From positions 65,629,668 through 65,693,667 of the forward strand of contig NC_068982.1 of assembly GCF_001194135.2 (NCBI RefSeq): 64,000 nucleotides of DNA. The letters are read 5' to 3'. A model generated the notes under the pieces. That model made no database searches. It had not been told where the DNA came from and worked only from the letters and a program-made list of their open reading frames with translations. Position numbers and translations under genes: made by a program. Below, one piece after another: positions 48,601 to 62,179 of the stretch. Position 1 is the stretch's first letter. Every line of letters starts with the position of its first letter. Origin of the DNA: Octopus bimaculoides (Eukaryota).

Positions 48601-48985
48601 GGGAGGCGCAATGGCCCAGTGGTTGGGGCAGCGGACTCGTGGTCATAGGATCGCGGTTTCGATTCCCAGACTGGGCGTTGTGAGTGTTTATTGAGCGAAA
48701 ACACCTAAAGCTCCACGAGGCTCCGGCAGGGGATGGTGGCAAACCCTGCTGTACTCTTTCACCACAACTTTCTCTCACTCTTACTTCCTGTTTCTGTTGT
48801 GCCTGTAATTCAAAGGGTCAGCCTTGTCACACTGTGTCACGCTGAATATACCCGAGAACTTCGTTAAGGGTACACGTGTCTGTGGAGTGCTCAGCCACTT
48901 GCACGTTAATTTCCCGAGCAGGCTGTTCCGTTGATCGGATCAACTGGAACCCTCGAAGTTGTAAGCAACGGAGTGCCAACAACAT
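48601..48985 (+). mobile_element. Full-length tRNA-derived SINE (27386 family)
   Basis: Same head, body and tail as 27386. Imperfect TSD ATGCA(C/T)ACTA at 48591-48600 and 48986-48995. Confidence 0.9.
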
Positions 48986-49005
48986 ATGCATACTAATCTT
49001 ACACT

Positions 49006-49378
49006 GTGGAGGCACAATGGCCCGGTGGTTAGGGCAGCGGACTCGTGGTTGTAGGATTACGGTTTCAATTCCCAGACCAGGCATTGTGAGTGTTTATTGA
49101 GCGAAAAAACCTAAAGCTCCACAAGGCCCCAGCAGGGGCTGGTGACGAACCCTGCTGTACTCTTTCACCACAACTTTCTCTTCCTGTTTCTGTTGTACCT
49201 GTATTTCAAAGAGCCAACCTTGTCACACTATGTCATGCTGAATCTCCCCGAGAACTACGTTAAGAGGTACACGTGTCTGGAGTGTTCAGCCACTTGCATG
49301 TTAATTTCACAAGCAGGCTGTTCTGCTGATTGGATCAACTGGAAACCTCGTCGTCGGAACCGACAGAGTGCCACATGA
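49006..49378 (+). mobile_element. Second full-length SINE of the same family
   Basis: TSD AATCTTACAC at 48995-49004 and 49379-49388. Confidence 0.88.
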
Positions 49379-52293
49379 AATCTTACACATCTAGGAGAGC
49401 ATACTTGCTTAATTTCTTTTTAATCCTTGCTACTCTGCATTTTATGTCCATATTATGTGCAAGTGTGTGTTGAATTTACACATAAAAGAGATATCAGAGG
49501 ATCAGTCTTCTCTTATATATCATGTAGGTCTTTTTAACACTATTTTTAACATATTGTTATTTAGATCTTGGTATGCTTCTGAGATCAGTATTCTGTTTGA
49601 GTCCATGCGACATTATAAAACTTGTTAACAACACACTGACAGAGATGTTTCCACTGTCGAAAACTCTGTCAAATGATGGAATACACTCAGATACACACTT
49701 ACAGCCACCAATTGGCATTCGTATCTGCTGCTTGTTTGCTCAAGAATTTCGTTACCATTATTTTTTCCTGTAACACTTTTTACCTTTTATTACTTTTCTA
49801 TTACAAGCATTATGATCTATAATAAACTTTATCATATTTTACATTCCAAACTGAACCTTATAATTCATTTGCTGAATTTTATTTCATTCAGTTTTTGAAT
49901 TTCTGTTAGTTTTTTGTACATGATCACATTTTTGCTATTTGCACATTGCTTCAAACCTTTTTTAAATACAATTCTTGATCTGCTATGTATATTTTATTTC
50001 AGCATGCGCTATATTTCTTTTTGTGAAACAAAGTTTAATGTCTAAGTACTGATGTTTCTGCAAGCAATCTCACTAGTGCTGGTGTCATGAAAAAATACAC
50101 CAGCACATATTGTCAAGTTGGTGGTGTTAGGAAGGGCATCCAGCCATAGAAGATATGCCAAAGCTGACACTGAATCTTGGCACAGCCGTGTGATTCACCA
50201 GATCCTGCCAAACTGTCCAAGCCATACCAGCATGAAAAAAAAAAATGGATGATAGATGGTGATGATGTTAAAATAACATCAAATGTGACCATTTATTAGA
50301 ACTATTTTGAAAGAAATAGGTTACCATTTTGTAAATACATTGGAGTTCTCTTTCAAGTGGAATATAAAAGCACCACAAACAAAAATATATTTTAACTACA
50401 TATATACTGAAATCAGTTTTTGTATGAATTTTGCAAGTATTCATTATTGTCATCATTTAATATCCGTTGTCCATGCTGGCATGGGTTGGATGGTTTGACC
50501 AGGGCTGGTAAGCTGAGGAGCCGCACCAGATTCTAGTCTGATTTGGCATGGCTTCTACGGCTGGATGCTCTTCCTAATGCCAACCACTCCAGGAGTGTAC
50601 TAGGTGCTTTTACATGTCACTGGCACAGGTGTCAGTTTGCATGACACCAATATCTGCCACAACTATGATTTCACTTGGTTTGATGGGTCTTCTTTTCAAG
50701 CATGTCATTTGTCATTTCCTCTGCGAGGCCCAACATACAGAAGGTGCTTTTTATGTGCCACCGGCATGGGTGATAGTTATGTGACACCAGCATCAGCCAC
50801 ACTGCCTCCACGATATGGCAGATGCTGGTGTCACGTAAAAGTACCTTCTGTATGTTGGGCCTTATAGAGGCAATGAAGCCCAGTGTATAAGTATTATAGT
50901 TCTTTATTTCAAACACGAAATTACAGCTGTAGATTTTATCATTTATGAATCAGCACTATCATTAGTTTAACAAGAACATTACAATCTCACTGAAATAATT
51001 AATAAACACATTGAAAAAAAAAAAAAAAATAAATAAACAGAATAAAAATGTATAAAACATATACAAAATATGGACCAAAAGTAGTAGAAATCATATAACT
51101 TTTGGAACTATAAGTGGTGTTGAAATAATAACAAAAATGTATATAAAATTACTTTCAAAATAATATTTAATTGATAAGAAGGCAGTGAGCTGGCAGAAAC
51201 ATTAGCACACCGGGTGAAATGCTTAGCGGTATTTTGTCTGTCTTTACATTCTGAGTGCAATTTCTGCCGAGGTTGACATTGCCTTTCATCCTTTCGGGGT
51301 CGATAAATTAAGTACCAGTTGTGTACTAGGGGCAATCTAATCAACTCCCCCTGCTCCACTCACAAAAAATTTCAGGCCTTGTACCAAGAGTAGAAAAGAA
51401 TATTTAATTGATAAGGAATTTATACAGCAGGTAATTCTTTTTTTGTTTTAGAAATAATACTGAAGAGTTATCCCAGGCAAGAGTAACAGAATTGATAGAG
51501 TGCCAAACTAATAATAACCTTGTAGTATTTACTTATGATCCTGTATGTTTTGAGTTCAAAATTCTACACCTGCTTCCCTTAAAATTATCTCCTGATGCCT
51601 ATGTTAGATATTACTACTACTACAACCACCACTTAGCTGGCAGATTCATTAAAGTGTTGGAAGCATTCCTTCCAGCTCTTTATGTTCTGAATTCCCATTC
51701 TGCTTAGGTCATCCTTGATTTTCATCCTATGTATATATATTATATTTATATATAAAACCTAAGACAAGATGAAGTTTAGCTGAACACAAAAAAATGTTCA
51801 TCATATATTTATATTTATATATATACAGAAGTTAAAAAGTTTGCAAAAATTTTTTGTTACATTTAATCAGTTAAGTAGTTAACTTACAAAATAATTTGCC
51901 AACAATGTATCTTTCCATTATTAAGATTTGTTTATATTTGCATATACATATATATTCTTTTCTGCTCTAGGCACAAGGCTCGAAATTTTGAGGGAGGGGG
52001 GCCAGTTGATTAGATTGACACTAGTATGCAACTGGTACTTAATTTATCAACCCCGAAAGGATGAAAGGTAAAGTTGACCTTGGCGGAATTTGAACTCAGA
52101 ACGTAAAGACAGATGAAATACCACTAAGCATTTTGCCCAGTGTGCTAAAATTTCTGCCAGCTCACCGCCTTATATACATGTACATTTATACACACATGTG
52201 TGTGTACACACACATACATTCATTATGTAAGGCACACATACATGTTTATTTGTATAATACACGGTTAGCTTAAGGAATGTAATTCAATCTTCT

Positions 52294-52546
52294 TTAAAAT
52301 TTAGCTCCCATGAATTTAAATACCCAAGCTCTTTTGCTTGGCATTTGATTAATTTGAATATTTGGAATCATTAACAGGATACCAAATGTCGTCTCTTTGA
52401 TTACAATATTTCCACTATAGCCCAGTAAAGAGACACTGATAGATGGCAAGTAGTCAACTGATCCAAGATGGATGAGGTTTCCTTTTGGTCTGTCTAAGAC
52501 AATAGCATAGACAGCTGTACCATTGCTGGCTTTATTGGATGTATAC
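52294..52546 (-). CDS. FUCA: FUCA last exon
   Basis: tag|(W)[17 protein letters not shown]...SLLGYSG...[18 protein letters not shown] on the minus strand at 52245-52250. Confidence 0.9.
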
Positions 52547-55500
52547 CTAGAAGAGACAAAAAAGACAGAATTTTAACTGATATTTTTGATTAAACATAAA
52601 CAGAAATAATATTCAGAACAAGTAGTTTAGCCAACAAATTTAGTCAATGATGATTTTTAAAACTGACATATTTCAACATAAATAGATTTTATGTTAGTTT
52701 CAACAAATGATAGTTTTACTTATTAAGTGAATAGACATAAATGTGGCTGTGTGATTGAGAAGTTTGCTTCCCAGTGACATGGTTTAAGGTTCAGTCCTAC
52801 TGCATGGCACTTTGGGCAAGTGCTTTCTATTATAGTTCTGAGCAAACTTGTCAGTGGACTTAGTAGATGGAAACTGAAAGAGACCATCGTACATATATGT
52901 GCGTATAATTTACCTTTTACTTATTTCAGTCATTAGACTGTGGCTATGCTGTAGTAATATGTAAATGCATGTGCGTGTGTGTGTGTGTGTGTGCGCGTGC
53001 ATGTGCATGATTGTATGTGTGGGGTTTAATGCCTCCTTGACTCGACATCACATCACAATTGAATACAAGTGTCAGCATTACACAAGAGGTGTCATTTGTT
53101 TCCGTTCTGTGAAAATATGTCTGGCTATGGGAAAATATTACCTTACTTGGAAACAGGTGAGGGTAGCTGATGAAGGGCATCCAGCTGCAGAAAATTTGCC
53201 TCAGTGAATTCTGTCTGACCCATGTGAGCATGAAAACATGGATGCTGAAATGATGATGATAACTATCTACTTACTGAATTGTAGTACAAATGCCTAAACA
53301 TTAAACATTCTACAGATACATTTAGGCTTAAAGTAATCCTTGAGAAAACTCTGTATAACAATGTGTGTGTCTGTGAGAGAGAGAGATGTTGGCCTTCATA
53401 TTGCATGTACAGTCTATATGGTCAATACAAGGAATAAACAAACTGCTATAACTTACCATACTCTTGGAGTAATTGTATCATTTTGGTGAAGCCAAGGTTT
53501 GGAAGAGTAGATTGCCTCACCATTGAGCTTTAACCATTGTCCAAATTGTAACAAACGTTCCTCAAAGATTGGTGAAATACGGCCATCATGAGTTGGTCCA
53601 ACATTTACAAGCAAATTGCCACCACAACTGAGAAACAAAAATTAAACAGATTCTTGTAATTTTTTCTAAAATCTAGAATTGTTAAAAAAATAAAATGAGT
53701 ACACTTCAACATTTCCTTGACCTTTGACCCAACCTCACACATCCACACTCCTTTGTCTGGTCAAACTTGTCCTCTCACTTAACTGCTTCTCATTCACAGG
53801 TGATTTTTACCAGCAAATCTCGGGAGTTGTCATGGGAACGAGAATGGGCCCTATGTATGCAAACCAGTTCGTTGGCTATGTTGAGGCCCAAATATTCTCA
53901 AGTTTCACTGGTCCCACTCTCGAACTATACAGTCATTATATTGACAACTGTATCACACCTACTTCCTCCCACCCACTTCCCCTCTTCACTCCTACCACCT
54001 TCTCCCTTCATCGTCACCCCTCCCTTGTTACTCCACTCTTACACATTCCAACCCCACCATCCCTTACACCCAACCCTTGCTTCCCCCACACCCCAATACC
54101 ACACCACACCAGCCCGCACACACTAGCACTACTTCCCAGCACCCACGCTAGCACTGACCACTTCCCAGCACCCACACCATAATCCATACACCTACAAATG
54201 CACACACGCACACATCAAGGTCACCAGTCTGCTTCCACATGCACATACACGGTCTCACATACACACACACGTGCACCTTTGTTTTGGGATCACCACTACT
54301 TTATTATCTCTCCTTCTTCCTAGCTCTCCTGTGTGTCCCCTCTGTCTGGCATTTGCCATGATACATCGCTAGCCACTAAACCTTTTTTATTTTCTCTCCC
54401 TGTTTATTTCTGTGTTCCATTCTGCTGAAGAGCGTAGGCTCGAAACATATAAGACTTTCTCACTTCCCAAACATTAAACTAATACATGTTTGTTGTTTAC
54501 ACACCTGTCTTCGTCTTTTGTTTTTTTTGTAAATTCTCATTATATATATATATCATCATCATCGTTTAACGTCCGCTTTCCATGCTAGCATGGGTTGGAC
54601 GATTTGACTGAGGACTGGTGAAACCGGATGGTAACACCAGGCTCCAGTCTGATTTGGCAGAGTTTCTACAGCTGGATGCCCTTCCTAACGCCAACCACTC
54701 AGAGAGTGTAGTGGGTGCTTTTACGTGTCACCCGCACGAAAACGGCCACGCTCGAAATGGTGTCTTTTATGTGCCACCCGCACAAGCNNNNNNNNNNNNN
54801 NNNNNNNNNNNNNNNNNNNNNNNNNNNNNNNNNNNNNNNNNNNNNNNNNNNNNNNNNNNNNNNNNNNNNNNNNNNNNNNNNNNNNNNNNNNNNNNNNNNN
54901 NNNNNNNNNNNNNNNNNNNNNNNNNNNNNNNNNNNNNNNNNNNNNNNNNNNNNNNNNNNNNNNNNNNNNNNNNNNNNNNNNNNNNNNNNNNNNNNNNNNN
55001 NNNNNNNNNNNNNNNNNNNNNNNNNNNNNNNNNNNNNNNNNNNNNNNNNNNNNNNNNNNNNNNNNNNNNNNNNNNNNNNNNNNNNNNNNNNNNNNNNNNN
55101 NNNNNNNNNNNNNNNNNNNNNNNNNNNNNNNNNNNNNNNNNNNNNNNNNNNNNNNNNNNNNNNNNNNNNNNNNNNNNNNNNNNNNNNNNNNNNNNNNNNN
55201 NNNNNNNNNNNNNNNNNNNNNNNNNNNNNNNNNNNNNNNNNNNNNNNNNNNNNNNNNNNNNNNNNNNNNNNNNNNNNNNNNNNNNNNNNNNNNNNNNNNN
55301 NNNNNNNNNNNNNNNNNNNNNNNNNNNNNNNNNNNNNNNNNNNNNNNNNNNNNNATAAATTTTAAATTTTAAATATAAATATACGAAATATAAATATCAA
55401 TATATATAAAAATCTGAATATAGATAAATATATGTCTGAATATATATGCGTATAAAAATTTATGTGTAATTAAGCATGAATATTGTAAAGTCTAAAATAT

Positions 55501-58500
55501 AAAATATAAAGGAACCTAAAATTTAAAGAGTTAAATATCTTACGATCGTTTCGCGGATATTACTATAATCACAAAGTGATCTAAAGATCATCTTATTAAC
55601 AGTAATTCCGCTCTTCAGAGATGCATTAAGAACCAATAGTATATATATATAATATTAAAACATTAGAAATATTTTTAATTTTTAATATTAGAATGTATTT
55701 ATCGCCAAATCAGATTGGAGACTGGTGTAGCCATCTGGTTCACCAGTCCTCAGTCAAATCATCCAACCCATGCTAGCATGGAAAGCAGATGTTAAACGAT
55801 GATGATGATGATGAGTATATACATTCATATAAAAAACTTGTTCCCATGTAGTTCCAATTTATCCATTTCATATAAAATCTGATTTATTTCATGTAGAACT
55901 TAATATATAAATATTTCATGCAGAATCAAATATTTTTTTTAAGCTAATTACATTAATTTTACCTACCTGACAGTTTCAGCAAGTTCAGCAATCAATTTAT
56001 CAACTGTCAGTAAATCTTGAAGCCTTAAGTTGCGTCTGTAACCCCAAGAATATCGGTCGATTGTCATGGCATTTTCCCACTTCTTCTTTACAAGAACACC
56101 TGCAAAGAAATGTAGAACAAAATGATAATCCAAAAAGATACAAAGCTGATGTAGAACATAATGATAATCCAAAAAGATACAAAGCTAATTGTTGCCCTTG
56201 AATAAACTCATATCAAACCTGATCAAATAGCCCTATGATCAAGGGCTTTCCTTCCAAGACCATCCTTTCTTTTATCATTCTAAGGAAACATTGTCAAATG
56301 TAAAATTAGAAATATAATATTTCTAAATCTCTCAGAGAGATTTAAGCAGTAGTGTATTCCCTTATTGGGATTGTCACATTAAGTTGACAATATACTACAA
56401 CTTTAATTGTCAAATGTGTCTCTTTTCCAAAATGGAAGGTGTAATTTGAGGAAAATTTGACTGTTATTTATAGCAGGTCGTGCAACCATTTAAAGATCCT
56501 CTTTTTGGCTCAGGGGTTTCTAAAGCCAGTTTGTTTTCACCTTTTAGAATACTCTAAAGTTAACCTATTGTACACTATTTGGAGAGCTAGATGATGGCCA
56601 CCTAAGACATTTGATACTTTTCATGTATATTTTTAAAACTAGGACATTAAAAAAATATAAAAACATAAAATAAATTGGTTCAATGGTAGAACATCTGTCA
56701 TGTTTATAGATGTAGGTTTGAGTCCCACTGGCACCTTTTGACTTTTTCTATCCAAAAGTTTTTTTAACCCAATACCTATATGCTATTATTTATAACTTTA
56801 TCTATTTTGAGTTCTACTATTATGAACGAATTATCTCAGGTCTCTAGGAGTTTCTAAATTCACGTGATGCAAACAACATACAATTCTTGCTAGTAAAAAC
56901 GAATTTTCTAAAATAGACAGAGAAATCTAAAGGATTGCTTTGGTCTAATGGTAGAACGTCCATCAAATTTACAGATTCAAGTCCTACAAGCAACCTTTGA
57001 CTTCTATCAAAAGGGTTTCTTTCCACCTGATATTTGCACACTATTATTCATAACTTTATCTACTTTGAGTTCCCCCATAAAAAAAATAAAATGAAACTGT
57101 GTCATCTTTATCTGAGTTCTAACTAGAGATAAAGGAAAAGCTATAAGTCGAAATTAACAGATGTTATTGTAAGGGATGTTGTACAACAGAATGCAGAGAT
57201 ACAATCTTTGGTGATGCAACAGTACCAACAGTAATAAGGATTTCTAACAGGCACAAGCATGGTTGTGTCATAAGAAGTTTGTTTCCTAATCACCTGGTTC
57301 TGGGTTCAGTCCCATTGTATGGCACCTGGGGTGTTTTCTACTTTAAGCCTTGGGCTAACCAAAGCACTGTGAGTGGATTTGGTAGACAGAAACTGAAAGA
57401 AGCCCATTGTTTGTAACTGGTGTCGATATGTTTTCATCTCTATAACTTGGTGATTCAGCAAAAGAGACTGACATACTAAGTACTAAGCTTAAAAAAACAA
57501 TAAGTCCTGAGGTTAATTCGTTCAACTAAAAATTTTTCAAGGCAGTGCACTAGCATGGCTGCAGCCAAATGGTTGAAACAAAAGATATGCATAAGACCAC
57601 AAATTTGGGGAGCAGATTTATTTGATTAAACTGACTCCAGTACTTGAATGGTACTTTATTTTCTCACCCACCACCTCCACAGAAAGTTAAATGTTGAGCT
57701 TCATAGAATTTGAACTAAGCATGTAAGGAGCTGATATGTTGTTCAATTCTGCCAATCTAATCAATTCTCACATAAAGACAAGGCCACAAATTTTGGAGGA
57801 AGAGGAGGTGTGAAGCGGATTTCATTGACTTCATTACTTAATTACTGGAATGAGATGATGATTTGGCATGGTTGACTGCTTAGGTTGATGGTATGTTTTG
57901 GCACTCGAGGCAAACATGCACATGTGTGCAGAAATATACAAATACAGATAGAAAAAGTGAGTGTATGTGTGTGTGCATGAGAGAGAGACAGAGACAGACA
58001 GAGAGAAAGAGAGAGAGAAACATTACAATTTACTAATTGAACCTGATTGACATGAACCCTTTCTCTCTCATACACATAGACATGCCCAGAGAGAGAGGAA
58101 GAGAGACAGAGAGGAAGAGAGACAGAGAGGAGGGGAAGAGAACAAGAGAAACATTAAAACTTGATGTCAAATACATTAGCATTGAATCAGCAACATCAAA
58201 TAGGCTATGCCAAAACGGCTGTGCCAAATTGTTGTATACCCTTACCTGGATTGTATCTGTCATTACAGTTGAGAAATCCACCATGTTTGCATCGAACATT
58301 TTTACCCCATCGGTCATTCACACATACTGTGTCTTTCACAGGACTAAAAAGTAAGTGAATGAATAAATAAATATATAAATAAAAGGAAAAACACACAAGT
58401 ATTCTTATTAACTTAATCGACTGTCAAGTGATAATACATTTTCAAAACTTCTGATTTTGATGTCTTATTAAAAATCCATTTTGGCCATCTTACTCCACTC

Positions 58501-61500
58501 TTGATACAGGTATTTCTCATCAACTGAACCTCTACTTTATTCATCCCTGACTATAATCACTTCTACCTCAATCTGTAACCATAGGTTACTACTCTCCCCT
58601 CACACTCTTATGAAATTACCCTATCTCCCTACCCTGATCCCTTGTTTGTATCTTCTCTCATACTTACCATCATTTGTCTTGAGATGCCTTGGCATCTCGT
58701 CAAAACCATCTTTATCTTCTTTCCAGCTACACCATTATACAATGCGAGGTAGCCATGGACCTCCTGTATAGCAAGCCACCTGGGTTTGTACCTCTATCAT
58801 TCTTTAGCCATCAACAGCTAGCATAAAACCATCTCTCCATTTTCACCACTACCCCCACTTCATAGAGGGAGCTTTTACCGGCTTTCCTGTTCTTTTCTTT
58901 CCTTACAAGTTACTTGGCAACCCCACAAGTGCCAACAGGAGGAGAAAAGCAACTAGTACATACTGTAAACTGATTGGGATTAGGGTGGGCATCCAGCCAT
59001 AGAAACCATGCCAAAGCTGGCATCAGATCCCAGCGTAGCCCTGCAGCTCACTACTCACTAGACCCTGTCAAACTGCCCAACTCATGCCAGAATGGAAAAT
59101 GGATGTTAAATAATGATGATGATGATGATAACAACAATGACAACGATGATAATGATGATGATGATGATGATGATATTTTCTACATGAAGGACACCTAGTG
59201 AAGTTTCCTCCAAGACTCTTAGTGTACTGAGTAAAAAATGAACTTTTAATCAATTAAAATCAAACCTATAATGACAGGGATTCATTAGCATTAATGACAA
59301 TTCTATAAAATATGAGATACTTTTAATCAAATGATTATATACTTCTTCTACCTCTAAAGTACCATGTACCAACATAACTATAAAATATAGTTATGACTCA
59401 TATACATCCATTGTATTTGTACAGTTTGAAATGTAAACATGTATTCTACAATCAATACTAGGTTAATGCTAACCTAATTTAATGCCATTGTGTAATTTAT
59501 AGATTGTAATTGTAGCTATATTTGTATTCCTTCAACTGCTTGAGCAAACTGAACAAAGGTCACCAATCTTGGTGTTGGAGAATATGGAAGCTGATTCATA
59601 AATCAAAGCTTGTAAATAAGATCTAAGGGCACATCACAAACATAGATACAAATGGGTTTTAATGTTGAATCCCATTACTAAATATTCAGCAACAAATGAA
59701 ATATAGATTATAATTTTCCAGGAAATCTTAGAAAGTATATTTATATATACTCTACTTTTTGATCTTCAATCACCATCAGGTGACTTATTCCAGACCCAAT
59801 TTGAACAAGGAAATTTATTTTCTACGACACTGGCACATGCATTGCCTTCATGGATAAGTACATTACTACTACCCTTAGATTACAAACAGAAATTCTTGTT
59901 CAAATTTGACACTATATATACACAGGGTGTTCAAGTTAAATTTGACAGTTTGCACAAAAAGGAAAAGAAAACACAATATCTCATTCAAAAATAAAAGTAT
60001 TTAAAAAGCTCAAAAACATCAACTAAATTATTGTTGGGAGATAACAATTTACTCAAAGTAGTCACCCTCAGCTTCTACAACAGCCTCAAGACAGCTCCAG
60101 AACCTAGTGCATGCATTCTTCACTGTGTCATTGGGAAGATCTTTGAACTTGGCCACCAGTTCAACCTTAGTATTGAAGGCAGAGCAGTTAGTGCCTTTCT
60201 CAATGGTGCCACCCCACACTTAGTAATCCAAGTGACAACAGTTGGGGGAACTAGGTCAGAAATTGGGGGCTGGTAAAGTTGCAGAAATTCTCTGACAACT
60301 TCTGACTCTTTCTAGGTATGACAAGGAGCCAAATCTGGCTGCCACGCATATGGCTTCCCAGCAGCAACTCTCTCCAGCAACTTCACGTTGCCATCTGAAT
60401 TGAGCCTAAGGACGATGTCACCCTCACAGGAAACACATCCAAAGAGCATCACAGTTGGAAGGAACTTGGTTTTCATGATACATGGAACATCATATAGATA
60501 GTAGGAAAACCACCCTTTCTGGGTGTTGTACAACTGGTCCTGGTAGAAGTTCTTTTTACCTAAGAAGAACCAGATCATCCTTAGCTCAACAGTATGCATC
60601 AGCTTTTTCAGGAGCTTCTTTATCTTGGCTATCAGAATTTTCCCTTGCACCTTTTATATGAATGGCAAAGGTCTTCATTCACTGTCAGCTTCATAGAGGT
60701 GCAACGATATCAAAGGAAGGCAAACTAGGAAGATAGTTTTTGTATGTGGCAGATGCTCAGGAGCAATAAACACTGAAAATGTGCAGAGAACAACTTCTGC
60801 CACATTCCAGGGAGAAAAACTAGAAGTAGTTGATAGCTTCCGCTATCTAGGTGACCAAGTTTGTAGCGGGGGAGGGTGCGCTGAAAGTGTAGCTGCTAGA
60901 AGAGAATAGCCTGGGCAAAGTTCAGAGAGCTCTTACCTCTGCTGGTGACAAAGGGCCTCTCGCTCAGAGTAAAAGGTAGACTGTATGACGCATGTATATG
61001 AACAGCCATGCTACATGGCAGTGAAACATGGGCCGTGATTGCTGAGGACATGCGTAAGCTCGCAAGGAATGAAGCCAGTGTGCTCCGATGGATGTGTAAT
61101 GTCAGTGTGCATACTCGACAGAGTGTAAGTACCTTGAGAGAAAAGTTGGACCTAAGTAACATCAGTTGTGGTGTGCAGGAGAGACGATTGCGCTGGTATG
61201 GTCACATGGCAAGAATGGATGAGGATAGCTGTGTGAAAAAGTGCCACACCCTAGCAGTTGAGGGAACCTGTGGAAAAGGTAGACCCAAAAAGACCGGGAA
61301 TGAGGTGGTGAAGCACGACCTTCGAACATTAGGCCTCACCGAGGCAATGACTAGTGACCGAGACCTTTGGAAATATGCTGTGCGTGAGAAGACCCAGCAA
61401 GACAAGTGAGACCATAAATCGTGGCCTTTACCAACCCACTTATGTGTACCTTTCCTTCTATGGACACAAAACTCTGCTTGCGAGGACCTGTTGAGGCAAG

Positions 61501-62148
61501 TGAAATCGAAATCGAACCAAATCTGACGACGGGCACCTTCATTGGACACTAAACTCTGCTTGCGAAGATCTGTTGGGGCAAGTGAAATCGAAATTGAACC
61601 AAATTCAATGACTGGCACCTGTGCCAGTGGAGCGCTAGTAGCACCATCCAAGCAGGATCACTGCCAGAGCAGTTGTCTGGCTTCCGTGCCGGTGGCATGT
61701 AATAAGCATTATTTGGCACGTGAACAAAACATTCAAGTGAGGTCGTTGCCAGTGCCGCTGGACTGACTCCTGTGCAGGTGGCACGTAAAAAACACCATTT
61801 GAGCGTGGCCGTTGCCAGTACTGCCAGACTGGCCCTTGTGCCGATGGCATGAAAAAGCACCCACTACACTCTCGGAGTTGTTGGCATTAGGAAGGGCATC
61901 CAGCTGTAGAAACTCTGCCAGATCAGATTGGAGCCTGGTGCAGCCATCTGGCTCGCCAGTCCTCAGTGAAATCGCCCAACCCATGCTAGCATTCACAAGG
62001 TTTTGGTCAGCCTGAGGCTATAGAGAAGACACCTGCCCAAAGTGCCATGCAGTGGGAATGAACCCAGAAGATTGTGGTTAAGAAGCAAACTTCTTAGCAT
62101 GCAGCCATACCTCTGTGTCTGTGCATGTATACATACATAAGTATGCAC

Positions 62149-62179
<31 letters not shown>

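Noticed and set aside
59520-59910. Additional FUCA exon or other coding sequence
   Set aside because: Stops in all frames and no GH29 similarity. The flanking FUCA exons (63580 and 58343) join in phase without it.
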